This document shows, piece by piece, positions 39,210 through 53,131 of a DNA stretch of 64,000 nucleotides. Under the pieces are notes generated by a model. It was given only the letters and a program-made list of their open reading frames with translations. It did not search any database and had not been told where the DNA came from. This DNA comes from Eledone cirrhosa (lineage: Eukaryota). Location: the NCBI GenBank assembly GCA_964016885.1, contig OZ024741.1, positions 390,848,001 to 390,912,000 of the forward strand, given 5' to 3'. A program made the position numbers and the translations under genes. Every line of letters begins with the position of its first letter. Position 1 is the stretch's first letter.

Positions 39210-40270
39210 TAGCAGATTAAAGTTTAAGCAAAGAATCGCTGCTTTCACCCTTAACGGGATCTTCTGAAACTAAAAAAAATCAATCTGTGAACGCAGAAGT
39301 AAATATTTCGAAAAACCTTACAAGGAAAACAGAAAGATGATACTTTGGTTCGTGAAGTCGTTCCCTGGCAAGGAACGAAAAAAAGCGAAGATAATACGTC
39401 GTTATGTGGAGCGATAAGAACAATTATACGCAAAGACAAAACCACGTTTATGGTATAAATGGAGTCGTAGACTAATATCCTATTTAGGAAACCGAATGAT
39501 TCTCGGCTTCAGAGTTAAGAATAATGTAAATAAATTAGTAGAACGAAAATGACAGAGGTTATTAAAATCAGAAAAGTAATAATAATTAAATATATTCATA
39601 CACGCATCTATATACGTACATACACGTGCATACGCGAAATGCATGCCTATATATGCACGTACACATATATATGCACGTACACATATATATGCACGTACAC
39701 ATAAATACGCGCACACATACATAAACCCGCACGACGCATGTACCCACACACATACGAACGTATACACCACCAAACGTACGTCAACCAAAACACAATGTAC
39801 ACATATACACACCTTACATACGTGCATACACGCATACACACACAAACACAAAATACACATATACACATAACCATATACACATATACCAGTATATATAATA
39901 TAATATATACACTTATAACAAATACAAGCATATATACGTACGAGAAAGTATACGTACCTTCACAAAACATACGGGTAAGGTATACTTACCTATACAAATA
40001 AATAATGGTATAAACATAAAATATACTTAGCTACCACATCACGACGTAAATTATCCGCGTATTGTTCGCACTATTTGGATAAAAAATCTAATAGTACCCC
40101 ATTCGACGTGAGTATGGGCGCCAGTGATTCGGCGGAGGTTACAGATCTTATCGGCCTTTTCCTTCTTTTCTCTATCAAGGAAGAATTCCCCAATGTGGGC
40201 AGTGGTTTGTACCGTGACGACAAAGTGCGGTCCACGCGCTTGCTTAAACTTTAATCTGTTATTTTAATAT
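39201..40270. mobile_element. Element bounded by ~30-bp inverted termini, containing a PLE RT fragment (+, ~40075-40225)
   Basis: Termini atattaaaatagcagattaaagtttaagcaa / ttgcttaaactttaatctgttattttaatat. Translation WIKKSNSTPFDVSMGASDSAEVTDLIGLFLL...GLYRDD. Confidence 0.7.
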
Positions 40271-40956
40271 ATATAGTAATAATAATAAAGGCGTGTAGAG
40301 GTGATGGTTAGTGGAGAGGGGGGGGGGACAAGTGGTCCGAGCGGGGAAGGCGGAAGGTGGTGTGTTTGTATGTATGTAGGTGTACGTGTGTGTGTGTATG
40401 TGTGGATGTGAGTGTGAGAGTTTGGGGAAGAACGAGGTTCCATGCTCGGGTAATAAAAAAACCAGTGTGTACATAGGGTGGGGTGTAAGTCAGTGTGTGG
40501 CTGGAGAGGGGTCGGAGGGGGTGGGGAGAGGGAGCGTGCGGAGTCCGCAGGCAGAGTAGGTGAATGTGAGGATACGGACGTGTGTTTTTTTTGTGTGGTG
40601 TGGATACGTGGGAGTGTATGGTTGCGTGTGTGCGAGAATGGTGTATGTGTTTGTGTGTGTGTGTGTGTTCATGAATGTTTTCCCGGGGATGGTGAAAAAA
40701 CCGGATGTTATCGGTTAGAGTCCAGAGAGAGTGACAAGTGGTGTAGGATCCGTGGAATTGGTGAGGAGGAAGTAGACAGTTGTGGGGCGCGCGCAACAGG
40801 AAGTGGTCAAGAAGATCAAGGCAGGGTTTGGAGAAGGTAGGGCGAAGGATGGGAGAGAGAGAGGAGATACCAGTCAAAAGGGTAAGTGACAGACAAGGGA
40901 GTGGTGTGGCCTGTATGTGTTTGATATATAAATATATCAAAGAAGAGACTATATTA

Positions 40957-40986
40957 TCTATTTATATACGTATATAAAACTGAGGA

Positions 40987-41068
<82 letters not shown>

Positions 41069-41669
41069 AGTTTGAATCCCTAAAACTCAAGAAGTACCCA
41101 ACCGATCTTTTTCAAACTTTACATGTGTATTACTTATGTTTCAGGGAGTGTTATGCACATAAAAATATTCAACTTTTTGATTCCCTAGGGCCCGCATTAG
41201 GTGAAAAACTGCGTTTTTTCAGCTTTTTAGGGTTTTTTTGAGGCGTTACGTCAGACCGATTTCCTTGAAATTGTAACTATGTATTAGTCGGTCTCTTCTT
41301 CATATAGTGAGCAAAGAGAGAAAATCCAACTTTTTTATGGCCTAGGGCCATATTAGGTGAAATACTTCATTTTTTCAGCTTTTTAGGGCTTTTTTGAGGC
41401 GTTACGTCTAGCCGATTTTCCCGAAATTTCAAGGCATATTATGCACATAAAAAAAAATTCATTTTCTTGATCCCTTAGGGCCCGCATTAGGTGTAAACCA
41501 GCATTTTTCCTGTTTCAATGAGGAAAATCTTAAAGATTATCCAACCATCAGAGATTTCGGTTTATTTTCTTTTCATATTGTCCAGGCATGCAGTTTTTCC
41601 ACGATTAGGTCTGTTGGCGGCCCGCGTTCCAAAATACCTTATCCCGTGCAACGCTGGTACCACTGCTAG
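40957..41669 (+). mobile_element. Non-autonomous Helitron-like element
   Basis: TC...TATATAAAACTGAGGATGTCTG start; cccgtgcaacgctgg...CTAG end; A|T target. Confidence 0.7.
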
Positions 41670-42020
41670 TATATATATATTTGTGTGTGTATCCCAGGTT
41701 CAATCGGAGGTAACCACAGTAAGTAAGGTACTCAATACATAGCAGAGTATAGATATTTAATATAGAAATGGCTTCTACAAGACTAGAACTGTTTTATTCG
41801 AAGGAAAGCCCTGGGGTTTCCTGATGATTTCCTTCGAATGAAACCGTAGAAGCCATTTCTATATATATATTATATATATTATATATATTATATATATATG
41901 TCTTATATATAGTATATATATATGTCTTATATATATATATGTCTTATATATATATGTCTTATATATATCTATACCAGTAATGCACTGAGTAATTGCTGGC
42001 CTTGTGCCTAAAGTAGAAAC

Positions 42021-42057
<37 letters not shown>

Positions 42058-42153
42058 ATGAAATACCAATGATCGTTGGCAAATCACTGATGAGGGACTA
42101 ATTTTATAATATGTATTCCATGTGCAACCATGCAGTATTCTTCTCCCCATGTT

Positions 42154-42228
<75 letters not shown>

Positions 42229-42928
42229 TATATGTCTTATGGAAGCTAAGATGCGTCCATAGGCGGTATGTCGGTTGAGCACTCTATGCTCCTACGGAGC
42301 AGAGTATGATAGAATGGAAAACGAAAAATCAGTGATGCATCTGAACTCAATTTATTGCGTATTACAATTGTTTCCCCGGTGAACAGCTCGAGGAGCGATC
42401 TGTTTGTGGATCGAACCTGACTCTGGATTCACAGGTTCCTGAGACACGTCTATTGATTTCGGAGCAGATCCTCTTTCTACGGTTCTGACCCTACAAGCCT
42501 ATATCGTCCACCTTCGTCCTGTTTACGCGTCCTTGGGTTGGTCATTGGTTAGTGACGTCATCATAATTCTGACCACTGGGAGCAGCCCACTGACCATTCA
42601 GGGCATTAGCTGTCACTCACCCAGAGTCCCATCGGCAAAATTACTGCTGTGTTTGTCTGTTCTCACTCCCACACGCACACACACATGCACAGAGACATGG
42701 ACAGATACATATAGAGTGGTTCGCGTGCTTACCTTCATACATACCCACAGAAACATATACGCATATTCATATATACACACACATACATAAACAGTCACAC
42801 AAATATACACATACATGCACACTCAGAGAGGCACACACACCTGTATATATACATACACGCACGCACACATGCACACATATATATATATACACACATACAC
42901 ATATATACATACACACACGCCCACACGG

Positions 42929-43079
<151 letters not shown>

Positions 43080-43653
43080 AGAGTATTGAAGTTTGCTTGA
43101 AGCATTGTGGAATAATAAGGTAAATTTCTTTAAGTCGTTTGGAAGCCTCGACAATGCAAATGGGTAAATCTCCGGGTAACAAGATCCGGTGGGGAGAGAG
43201 AGATGTAAGTGGGTGTACGTTGAGATGCGTGGTGTGTATAAGACGTGTAGAGGAATGAAGCAAAGAGCGTAAAGGATAAAAATAAAAATAACAACACGAG
43301 AAAGAGTTACCTTGGGAAAGATTTAATTGTCCCTATATATTTCGGATTCACATCCATCAACAGGGGTTTTTTTCCGGGGGGGGGGGAAGGTTGTCTGTCG
43401 GAAAGGTGCGAAACGTGTCCTCCGCTGTTCGTTGTTTTGAATATCTGAGGTATTCAGCAGAGCGCGCGTGCGCGTGAAATGGGGTCGGTCAGCGGCCGAA
43501 GTAGTTCTTTCAATTGTGGGAGTGGGGTGGCGCTAGCTGTCAGTCCATTCTCTGCCTGTTTGGTGAATGTTACTGTGTGTGTGTGTGTGTGTGCGTGTGT
43601 TGTTGCCTTGTTCCTCTGTATTGGCAGTGTAGTATGTTCGTATGGTGGAATGC

Positions 43654-43693
<40 letters not shown>

Positions 43694-43769
43694 GTATATC
43701 TACATGTATAAGTATGTATACGTACATACGTATATGTATACAGATGTACACTAGTATGTATATACATAT

Positions 43770-46102
43770 ATAACAGGACACTGGGTTGTATGTACAATAT
43801 TTATTTATGAAGATTGAGCTGAGTAGAGCAGGCATGCCAAGAGTAATAAAACAAACGAATTAAGGATTTCGTTGGGCACGGTCCACTGGCTGAAGTGTTG
43901 CCAGGCCGTGGTTAAGTTGTTGTGTTACATGTTGGCTAGTGATTTCACGACGAAAGAAAGTTAGGTGTTTACCTTTTTGAAGTCAGCGCGCAAGAGACCA
44001 AGAGGTCTTTACATTACCATGTTCAGGTTGCAAGAGAGTATACCTTCGGCGGAACGCGCCTGGTCAAAAGGCCAGGCAGCCAAAAGGTGAAAAGAGAGGG
44101 AGATAGCTTTCAGCTATTTCCTTTATAGTTCCCCGGACGGAAGTCACAAAGAAGGCTCTGCAACCTCAACGGGAAGCGACTCAAGCTACTTCCTGTCTAG
44201 AGAGCGCTACAGGACTCCCCTTCCAGACGAAAAGTCGAATGACCAAATGAAATCATTGTAGCGAGAACACGAGGAGCAAGGCAAAAGGTACAAGAACATG
44301 AATGAACAAAACACGAGCAAGCAAATAGCAAAATGACCATGCAAAAATTAATGATAGATATCAAGGTAGCCAACCGCTCTTGGCCAGAGAATGACTGGAC
44401 ATCTATCTATCCATCACACAAAGATACAATGTAATCAACCTAAAAGAAGAGGTCAAAGGAGCAAAGAAACGTGCTGGAACATAGTTATTAAAAAAAAGTT
44501 CAAATGTTCAAAAATAAAATTAACAGGTATGTAAGCATATGACAGCAGGAAAGAGAGTGTGTCCTCCAGAGAATGTATGCAGGTGGTTTCTGGACTGTGG
44601 TACAACGTGAAATTCCCAACCTCCGAAGGCGGTGGGATTTTCTCACAGGAAGAGTGCTGCAAAAATAAATTCTCTGTGTTTTGTTCTGCTGGTTTTGGTT
44701 GTTGATAAAGCAAAGATGAAGCTGTGTTGTTGTTGTCTCGCGGAGTTAGATAACCTATTCGAAGTTGTTTCAATTCATAGTAAAAAGTTTCCCCAGAAAA
44801 AATGAGTTGCGCAAAGTGCTAGAAATAACAGCCAAAGTTGATGGTCGATGTTGAGAACGCGTTGACCTGGAAGGGTCAAGAGGCCAGCGACCATAGAAAT
44901 AAGCATTCTGAATAAATGCGCAGTTTTCAACGGCAAATTTACGTGGTAAATTTTTAAACCGGAAAATATGAGAATATAGCTTAAGGCTGGTGAATCCTTG
45001 GCAAGAAACATTATCTATGGCGTGTGTTATCTCAGTGAGTCGAGATGTGTGCTCCCACACACGCACCGAAACAAGGTTAAAGTCAAGTTGAATAAAAAAA
45101 ATATTTCTTTTGCGCGAGAAAATGGCGCGAAAATGACAGTGGAACAGGTCGTTGGCAACCATTTTGAAAAATGTGTGTGTGAATGTGATAATATGATGAA
45201 AAAGAAGGAAAGGTTATATTCACTTTGTATAACAAATATGGCGGGAGTTCAATTTTTTTGTGAAAGTGATGAAAAAGTAGCGAAAAAGGCTTAGTTGAAT
45301 GAGTAAACGAGCTGTGATGTTCATCAAAATTGACATGTTGAATATAAGAATACAGGAGTCCAAGTCTTGTTTTGAGTATTCGTTGTGAGAAGAACGAAGG
45401 ATATATCCAGTGAGTGAAACACATTTAAACGATGTTAACACGTGAGGTGAAGAGCAAAATTTTTTCTTGTTTGTTTGCTGCTGAGAAAGAGATTACTTCT
45501 ATTTTTCGTTGTAGACAGTTTCGGAGAAAAAAATCCATGTGGAATGTTGTTAGAGGAATTTTTCCTCTTTTTTTTTGGAATACTGCTAATTAATTTTCTT
45601 TTTTTCATATTCACACAACACTAGATCCTATTATTTTTTTCTCGGGGTCACCAATTATAACAGGACACTGGTTGTACAATATTTATTTACGAAGATTGAG
45701 CTGAGTAGAGCTGAGTAGAGCAGGCATGCCAAGAGTAATAAAACAAACGAATTAAGGATTTCGTTGGGCACGGTCCACTGGCTGAAGTGTTGCCAGGCCG
45801 TGGTTAAGTTGTTGTGTTACATGTTGGCTAGTGATTTCACGACGAAAGAAAGTTAGGTGTTTACCTTTTTGAAGTCAGCGCGCAAGAGACCAAGAGGTCT
45901 TTACATTACCATGTTCAGGTTGCGAGAGAGTATACCTTCGGCGGAACGCGCCTGGCCAAAAGGCCAGGCAGCCAAAAGGTGAAAAGAGAGGGAGATAGCT
46001 TTCAGCTATTTCCTTTATAGTTCCCCGGACGGAAGTCACAAAGAAGGCTCTGCAACCTCAACGGGAAGTAACTCCAGCTACTTCCTGTCTAGAGAGCGCT
46101 AC
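43770..46102 (-). mobile_element. Element with ~440-bp direct terminal repeats (43770-44211, 45656-46102) and a decayed, possibly PLE-like interior
   Basis: The repeats are near-identical. Interior minus-strand hints (KIYHVNLPLK, THFFWGNF) are weak. Confidence 0.55.
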
Positions 46103-46402
46103 ACATACATGCACACATATATATATGTACGTACAGATTTACCGAACATTTATTATAATGCTCGGTTTGTTTGTAAACAAACAGCCCGAATTATTAGCCG
46201 TACAGTGTTCGGCAACCATCGTTGCCCTTTTGTTCAACACTGACTAAGGAACGATGTAGTCAGTGTTGAACAAAAGGGCAACGATGGTTGCCGAACACTG
46301 CACGGTTACTAATTCGGGCTGTTTGTTTACAAACAGCCCGAGCATTATAATAAATGTTCGGTAAACCCATACGTACATATATATATTTGTGTGCATGTAT
46401 GT
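46103..46402. repeat. ~300-bp palindrome (arms ~143 bp), MITE or foldback-like
   Basis: ...gttcaacactgacta-aggaacgatg-tagtcagtgttgaac..., with few mismatches. Confidence 0.9.
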
Positions 46403-46750
46403 ATACATATACATACTAGTGTACGTCTGTATACATATACGTATACATACTTATATTTAAATATCAGCCGTACTAAGAGTGAGAAATGAAATTTCTTTTT
46501 TCCATTTATATCTACATGTTTGTCCCTCTACACGTGTGCAGACACACACACACTCACACATATACATACACACACTCTCACACATATATTCTTACATATA
46601 TAAATGTATATATATATATACACACACATAAAAAATATGTAATAAATATATAAGAAAAGTATATAAAGATACACATTGGGCTGTGCATGAGAAAATACAC
46701 CTTGATGTACATGCTGACAGGGTTGGTATTATGTTGTGAGCATGGATTAA

Positions 46751-47740
46751 TCTACTTATATATATAACCAGCAATTTCTCTGTCTGTCTGTCCGACAGTG
46801 GAAACACGTGCGTAGAGAGAGAGTGAGAGTGAAAGAAAGAGACAGACTACGAGAGGGGGATAGCGGGAGGGAGAGAGGGAGAGAGAGAGTGAATAGACGC
46901 TAAAACACGTGCTACAGAAATATTACCTTCCCCTCTCCACTGACTTTGGTCACTGAGGCCGAGGGAATCGCTGGTTGCTATAGAGACACCTTGCACAAGC
47001 CAGAAGTAACCAGTTCGAGGCGGTTCTGACTTGACACCATGCGAAGAAGGTTGCCATTGAATTTGTGGTTTGAAGAAGGTTGCCATTGAATTTGTGGTTG
47101 TTGCTGCTGATAATAAGGACCATTTGAAGAAGGTTGCCATTGAATTTGTGGTTGTTGCTGCTGATAATAAGGACCATTTGAAGAAGGTTGCTGCTGATGA
47201 GGTAATTTATTAATCAGATTGCGCAGTTCCATAACCTACGTTTGATTTGTTCAATTTTTTTCTTCAATTTTTTTTGTTGTTTTTTTTATTTCTTATTGAA
47301 AAAATATAAATAATAAAATAAGGTTAGAAATTTAAATACAATTAAATACCATTTAATTTCCATTTCCAGCAGCCAATGTCCAGTGTTCAATTTCATGAAA
47401 AATTTGGAAATAATTAAAAAAATTGAAGTTTAACTTTTGAACATTTGTTTTGACAATAAAAAAATATTTCCTTATTCACACCTAATGGTATGATTAAAAT
47501 TTCATAGGAATATTTTTTTCTAACCGCCAGTTATTTATTTTCTCCTTTTTCGTTTTAACATATATTTATTTCAAAGATTTCACCGTATAGATAACATATA
47601 TATTTATACATGCATAAAAGACACACCGAGAGACGGTGAACAAGTGGTGCCGAAAACATTTCTCATCCAAATCTCAACAATATCAATATATACACTAGAT
47701 TTGCTAGCAGAAAACCGCCCACCGGGTGGTTTTCTGCTAG
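46751..47740 (+). mobile_element. Helitron-like element with an internal 54-bp Gln-rich repeat; a second copy starts directly at 47741
   Basis: TC start, (CTGT)n, terminal palindrome ctagcagaaaacc...ggttttctgCTAG, then TCTATATATATAAAACTGAGG. Confidence 0.6.
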
Positions 47741-48182
47741 TCTATATATATAAAACTGAGGTTGTCCGTCTGTCTGTCTGTCTGTCTGTCTGTCTATTAA
47801 AGCGGTCGGCACACATCTCCTCTTAAACCGTACGCTCAAATTTCGGTGAAATTGTTACACTTATAGATGAAGCTCTGGCGGAGACATCGGTCAAAAAAAT
47901 TTTCAAATCGACCCACGCCAAGTGCAAAAATCGAATTTGTAATGTATTGATTTTTCAGTTCAAATGTATAAATAGAGATGAGAGACGAGTTATTTCCCTT
48001 TTATGGAACGCGCAGACGTTAACAAATTTCCACCACTTGCAGACGATTAGATATTTCGATTCTTGTCAGAATAAGTAGATGCTATAATATTTATTAAAAT
48101 AACAGATTAAAGTTTAAGCAAAGAATCACTGCTTTCACAGTTAAGCAGCGATTCTTTGCTTAAACTTTAATCTATTATTTTA

Positions 48183-48338
<156 letters not shown>

Positions 48339-48400
48339 TGTAAATATTGAGTTAGGAACTCAAAATAGCTCTAAGAAAGAGGTATTTCTGAGCCGTATAT

Positions 48401-49068
48401 TATAATAGAATATAAAAGAAAATCGAATACAGATATATAGATATATGTGTTCAAATCGTAAGGGACCTGATTCGCTAAGGTGAAAAGAATACTAACTATA
48501 GACAACTGGGTTCGCTTGTCTCAATTTAAGAAAAAATTAAGAAAATAAATACAAACCGGAATTGTGGTAACTACCAATTACCCAGACAACTTGTTGTTTC
48601 GCAAAATTAATTGTGAATAGAAATACTAATCCAAGCTCATCAGTGGGCGATGAATTAGTATCCTAGACACATCTATGTATGCTAAATATAAAAAATAAAA
48701 CAGCGCACATGGCATCCTAGCGAGTCTCACAAACCCACGCCACTAGAAATAACAGCCAGGCTTACTCGACATTTGAAATAGCTTAATAAATTAACGGAGC
48801 CGAATATATGAGCTTGGATTAGTATTTCTATTGATGAGCTTGGATTGGTATGTCTATTCACAATTAATTTTGCGAAACAACAAGTTGTCTGGGTGATTGG
48901 TAGTTACCACGATTCCGGTTTGTATTTATTTTCTTAAATTTTTCTTAAATTGATACCCTATTGTCTATAGTTAGTATTCTTTTCACCTTAGCGAATCAGG
49001 TCCCTTACGATTTGAACACATATATCTATATATCTGTGTTCGCTTTTCTTTTATATTTTTATATTCTA
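48401..49068. mobile_element. Inverted pseudo-LTR pair (arms ~240 bp) carrying hammerheads
   Basis: ~48401-48642 is the reverse complement of ~48832-49068. Confidence 0.75.
48577..48651 (-). ncRNA. Type I hammerhead ribozyme
   Basis: Minus strand: ATCGCCCA-CTGATGA-GC...GC-GAAA-CAAC(aa)GTTG-TC-TGGGTAAT. Canonical GUC triplet with a full stem III. Confidence 0.85.
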
Positions 49069-49939
49069 TATATATATATATATATATATACTTTCACAAA
49101 GTATATAGCTAATATCCTACAACATATTCCACGAATAACGGTTAATTTTTTACACATATTTCAATATATTCTACAATGTATTAATTTAGTTTCTCAGCAT
49201 ATATTAAGACTTTGACCTTTTTTCAATAGCCTTAGATTTTCGTTCATACCTTCGTAGATTTTGTAAACAAATTATGGCGTCATCTGTTTTTCTACGTTTA
49301 TAAATCATTCTAGCAATTTCCTTTATTTACTTGTTGATATAAAATATATATAGATTTTTAATAGAAATTTTTAATTTTGACACAGATAGACTATTTTTAT
49401 TTTTTAATTTTATTTTATTTTATAAAAAAATTTTTGATACTTATTTTAATTTAATTTAATTTTTTTAAATTTAATTTTATTAATACATTTTTACACTTCT
49501 TAATCCAATTTTTAGTATTTAAACCCAATATAAAATAATATAGCCAGTTTCTATATTTTAGACCTCTAATATTTGAATACCATCTATAATTGTTTCTACG
49601 TTTTAGCACAAGGCCAGCAATTATCCAGTGCATTACTGGTACTTTATTTTATCAACCCCTTTATTTTATCGCACATACATCTCATCAATTTACTTTTTAA
49701 CCGTTATTTACAGCTTGTTTCATTTTGACAGCGTTCCCGATCAAAAGTCTCTCTCTCTCTTTCTCTTTCTCTCTCTTCCTTCTTTCTTTTTTCCTTTTTT
49801 TTCCCTTTTTCTTCTCTTCACTTTCTTTTTCCTTTTTCTACTTCTTCTTTCCTTCAAATACACCACGCCACTACACCAATACTTACTCTAGTAGCATACC
49901 TCCCCATCTAATCCTTATAGCACGCACCAACCGCATAGT

Positions 49940-50433
49940 TTAAACAACTCTACTCTCCCTAACCGCAGCAGTAACTGCAACTGCCGTTACCCTAATGCAT
50001 GCCCACTAAATGGACAATGCCTTACACCCAATATAGTATATAGGCGCACAGTTAAAACAGCATCACATACTAGCTCCTATATTGGCTCTACCTCTAACCC
50101 TTTTAAGGTACGCTATAACGCGCACTCTTTTTCCTTCCGAGACCCTAGCAATAGATGTTCGACATCTCTATAGCTAGAGATGTCGAACATCTATTGCTAG
50201 GGGCTCATTAAAAACCTTAAATTAACCAATATTGAACACTCACTAACATGGGATATCTTGGCTAGAGCCCAACCGTTCAATGGACGAAGAAACTCTTGTA
50301 ATCTCTGTCTTACCGAAGCATATTACATAACTCTATCACGCCCTCTACCGATTAATGATAGAACGGAAGTAACTATTAGCTGTCAACATCGAAGGGCTAA
50401 TTCCTTCGCCAACAGAATATTTGACCCAACATA
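49940..50433 (+). pseudogene. PLE GIY-YIG endonuclease domain interrupted by a palindromic duplication
   Basis: CNCRYPNACPLNGQCLTPNIVYRRTV...SYIGSTSNPFKVRYNAHSFSF...STSL, then WDILARAQPFNGRRNSCNLCLTEAY...INDRTEVTISCQH. Confidence 0.85.
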
Positions 50434-50809
50434 GTCATCTATTCCCATTTTTGCTTATAGCTAATAAGTTAAATAGTTATAGCTAACTTAGATAATTATA
50501 AGTTACCTCCCTTACATTGTCTCTCACTTAAAATCATTAGCACTTCTTAACTATAAACTACCCACAATTTCTAATTTCTCGAGGAGTTACTTCCCCTGAA
50601 ACCACCTTCTAATTAGTAAGATAAATATGTCCTTTGGCGGCCATCTTGTTACCCATAGGCAGATCTCACATAATGCAGCCTCGACAGAAGAATATTGCTC
50701 GCCTATGGCAGACAATAGATATACCCAGGACACCATAGTGAAATACCAATATATGGAACATTACATTCATGTAACCATCTTTTTTTACCTTAATTTATAT
50801 TCCTTTGAA

Positions 50810-50928
50810 GTTCCGATGAACTGCTCCAATTTTACCTAAGTTAATTATCTTCAACTGAACCAGATCAATAATGATCTATAATCATTTGATCCAGAAACAT
50901 TATATGGAATAGCGAAACAATTGTAAAC
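50810..50928 (+). ncRNA. Hammerhead variant (CCGATGA core) downstream of the GIY-YIG fragment
   Basis: GTT-CCGATGA-long stem II-GAAA-CAATTG-TA-AAC. Confidence 0.55.
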
Positions 50929-50938
50929 GGACATTATT

Positions 50939-50972
<34 letters not shown>

Positions 50973-51249
50973 TTTACATTCCTTACATTAAACTAAAATT
51001 ATGTTGACAATCTTTTCTTCCTTGTGAAATTTGTGGTCTTGTTTTGCTTAACTAATGAATATTTCCAGCTCTTTGCACCTAACCTCTGCATGAACCCAGC
51101 CACCTAGCTGCCTTCCACTGCATATTGCACATTGAGCACATGCCTTTACGCTTTGGCTTCTAACTAATTCACCAATCTCTCTTCTCTTCTATCTCCATCT
51201 TTCTCTTTAAGATTGGTTACTCTTGAACTGTATATATATATATATTTAT

Positions 51250-52907
51250 ATTACTTCAAAATATTAATAAATATAGACATTCATGTGATCAAATATATTT
51301 TATTATACATATTTCAGAGATACTGAGCTATTTCAAGAGTACATCCTCATCAGATAAAATAAGTTGATGCTTGACATACCTTGACTATGTTGATGGTTAT
51401 AATTTAGTCATGGCAGTGATTAGTTATGACAAAACTCGATATTTATATACCTTAAGTTGAAACATGAAAAATTACATATAATACAGAGAATTACATATAA
51501 TATGAGAATGTGTAAAAAGATATATAAATAATTAATAATATATAATACATAAACTTCTATAACTGTTAAAAATTTAAATAATAATAATATATTCATACCT
51601 TATTATTGTTGATAGTGGAAGTGATAGATCGAGATAGGAAATCATGAGGAAAGAGAGAAAAAAAAAATAAAAAGGAGATTTGATCGTAGGAACAAGAGAA
51701 GGGAGAAATGATCAAATGATAGAGAGAGGAAAATAAGTTAAATCGTATAATCAAAGGGAGGGAGATATGTATTGTAACATGTAAATAGCGTATAATTAAA
51801 TAGGGGGAAAGAATAATGCGTGACCGTTTATTTTCAAATCTTAAGTTAATTGAAAATAGTCAATTAATCAAATGACCTAAGATTTTAGACTATAATATTT
51901 TAAAGGATTTATATTATTGTATTATATCTGAGTTCAAGCAATTGTAACGCGAAAGAGATAAATTTATGTTTATCATAACTCCAAAGGTATTCTCAAGTAT
52001 ATTTAAAAGTATATTAAAATCAAGAATATAATCAATATATTAGTAAAAAAACCTTAAAATTAAAATTTTATTAATAAGTCATAAAGTATTATAAATGTAT
52101 CTAATAAGATATTATCAAACCAGATTTATCTAGATATACACATTTATATAATTTATATATAGACTATAAATGTTAAGGTTTAAGACGATATTATTCACTT
52201 ATATGTAGTATAATTTCTGTTAAGAGTGTTATCAATTTAATTCAACTAGATTTTACTGTATTTAAAATTTTACATCAATTTAAGTATACAAAAAAATTTA
52301 TCAACTTGGATCTAAGGAGACTTTTATACTATAAATGTATAATCATATCCTCGTGAATCGTAAATAACCTTTCAAAGTAATTAAACGGTTTACAAGCCTG
52401 AATACATTCAAGGTATGAAATATATAAGATATAAGATTTAGAAAATACGAAAACCAAAATTAAATGTATTTAAACAATCTAAAGGTCATACGTACTTAAC
52501 AAGAGATCAGGTTAACAATTTCAATGTTAAGGTAGAAACCCTTAATCTAATATTAATAATAGTATAAATAATAAAAGCATTACAAGAATTTTTAATCTGA
52601 GACAATATTGTTTCACGCACAGAGTTATTAATAAACGTCTAAATCATTTTACATTTATTCAATGTTTTTTCCTGATTTTTTTGTGAAGCTTGGAATGTAG
52701 CTGTAGCTTTGTGCAAGCAATTTGAGAATAATTCGCTTTTTTTGTTAATTAACTTATCATAATTATTAATTATTAATAGGGTCTCCATATCACAAAGATT
52801 GCAGTTAGGTGATACGGATGAATTAATGTAGACTTGGCTGAAATAGGTATAATAAAATATATTTGATCACATGAATGTCTATATTTATTAATATTTTGAA
52901 GTAATAA
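51250..52907. mobile_element. AT-rich element with ~65-bp inverted termini, probably a decayed PLE
   Basis: 51250-51316 is the reverse complement of ~52839-52907. Hammerhead at the left end. Interior coding is not reliably readable. Confidence 0.5.
51296..51361 (-). ncRNA. Type I hammerhead ribozyme
   Basis: Minus strand: TATTTTAT-CTGATGA-GGA...TCT-GAAA-TATGTA-TA-ATAAAATA; same family as 39033-39097. Confidence 0.75.
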
Positions 52908-52987
52908 CTCTAGAAAACCTTCTGTAGAGTGCTTATAATCTATTGTGAAACTTTATTCATTGATGAATTCATTGAACCTTGTTAAAC

Positions 52988-53131
<144 letters not shown>

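Noticed and set aside
40308-40940. 210-aa minus-strand ORF
   Set aside because: Mostly low-complexity. Only weak resemblance (KPCLDLLDH, SYTT) to a PLE linker, so not called as a gene.
42350-42530. Possible minus-strand hammerhead (GAAACAATTGTA end)
   Set aside because: The CUGANGA box is not intact (CAGGACGA); too degenerate to call.
49940-50433. Selenocysteine recoding, as reported for some PLE lineages
   Set aside because: The conserved Cys positions readable here and at 6514-6801 use TGT/TGC; no in-frame TGA seen.
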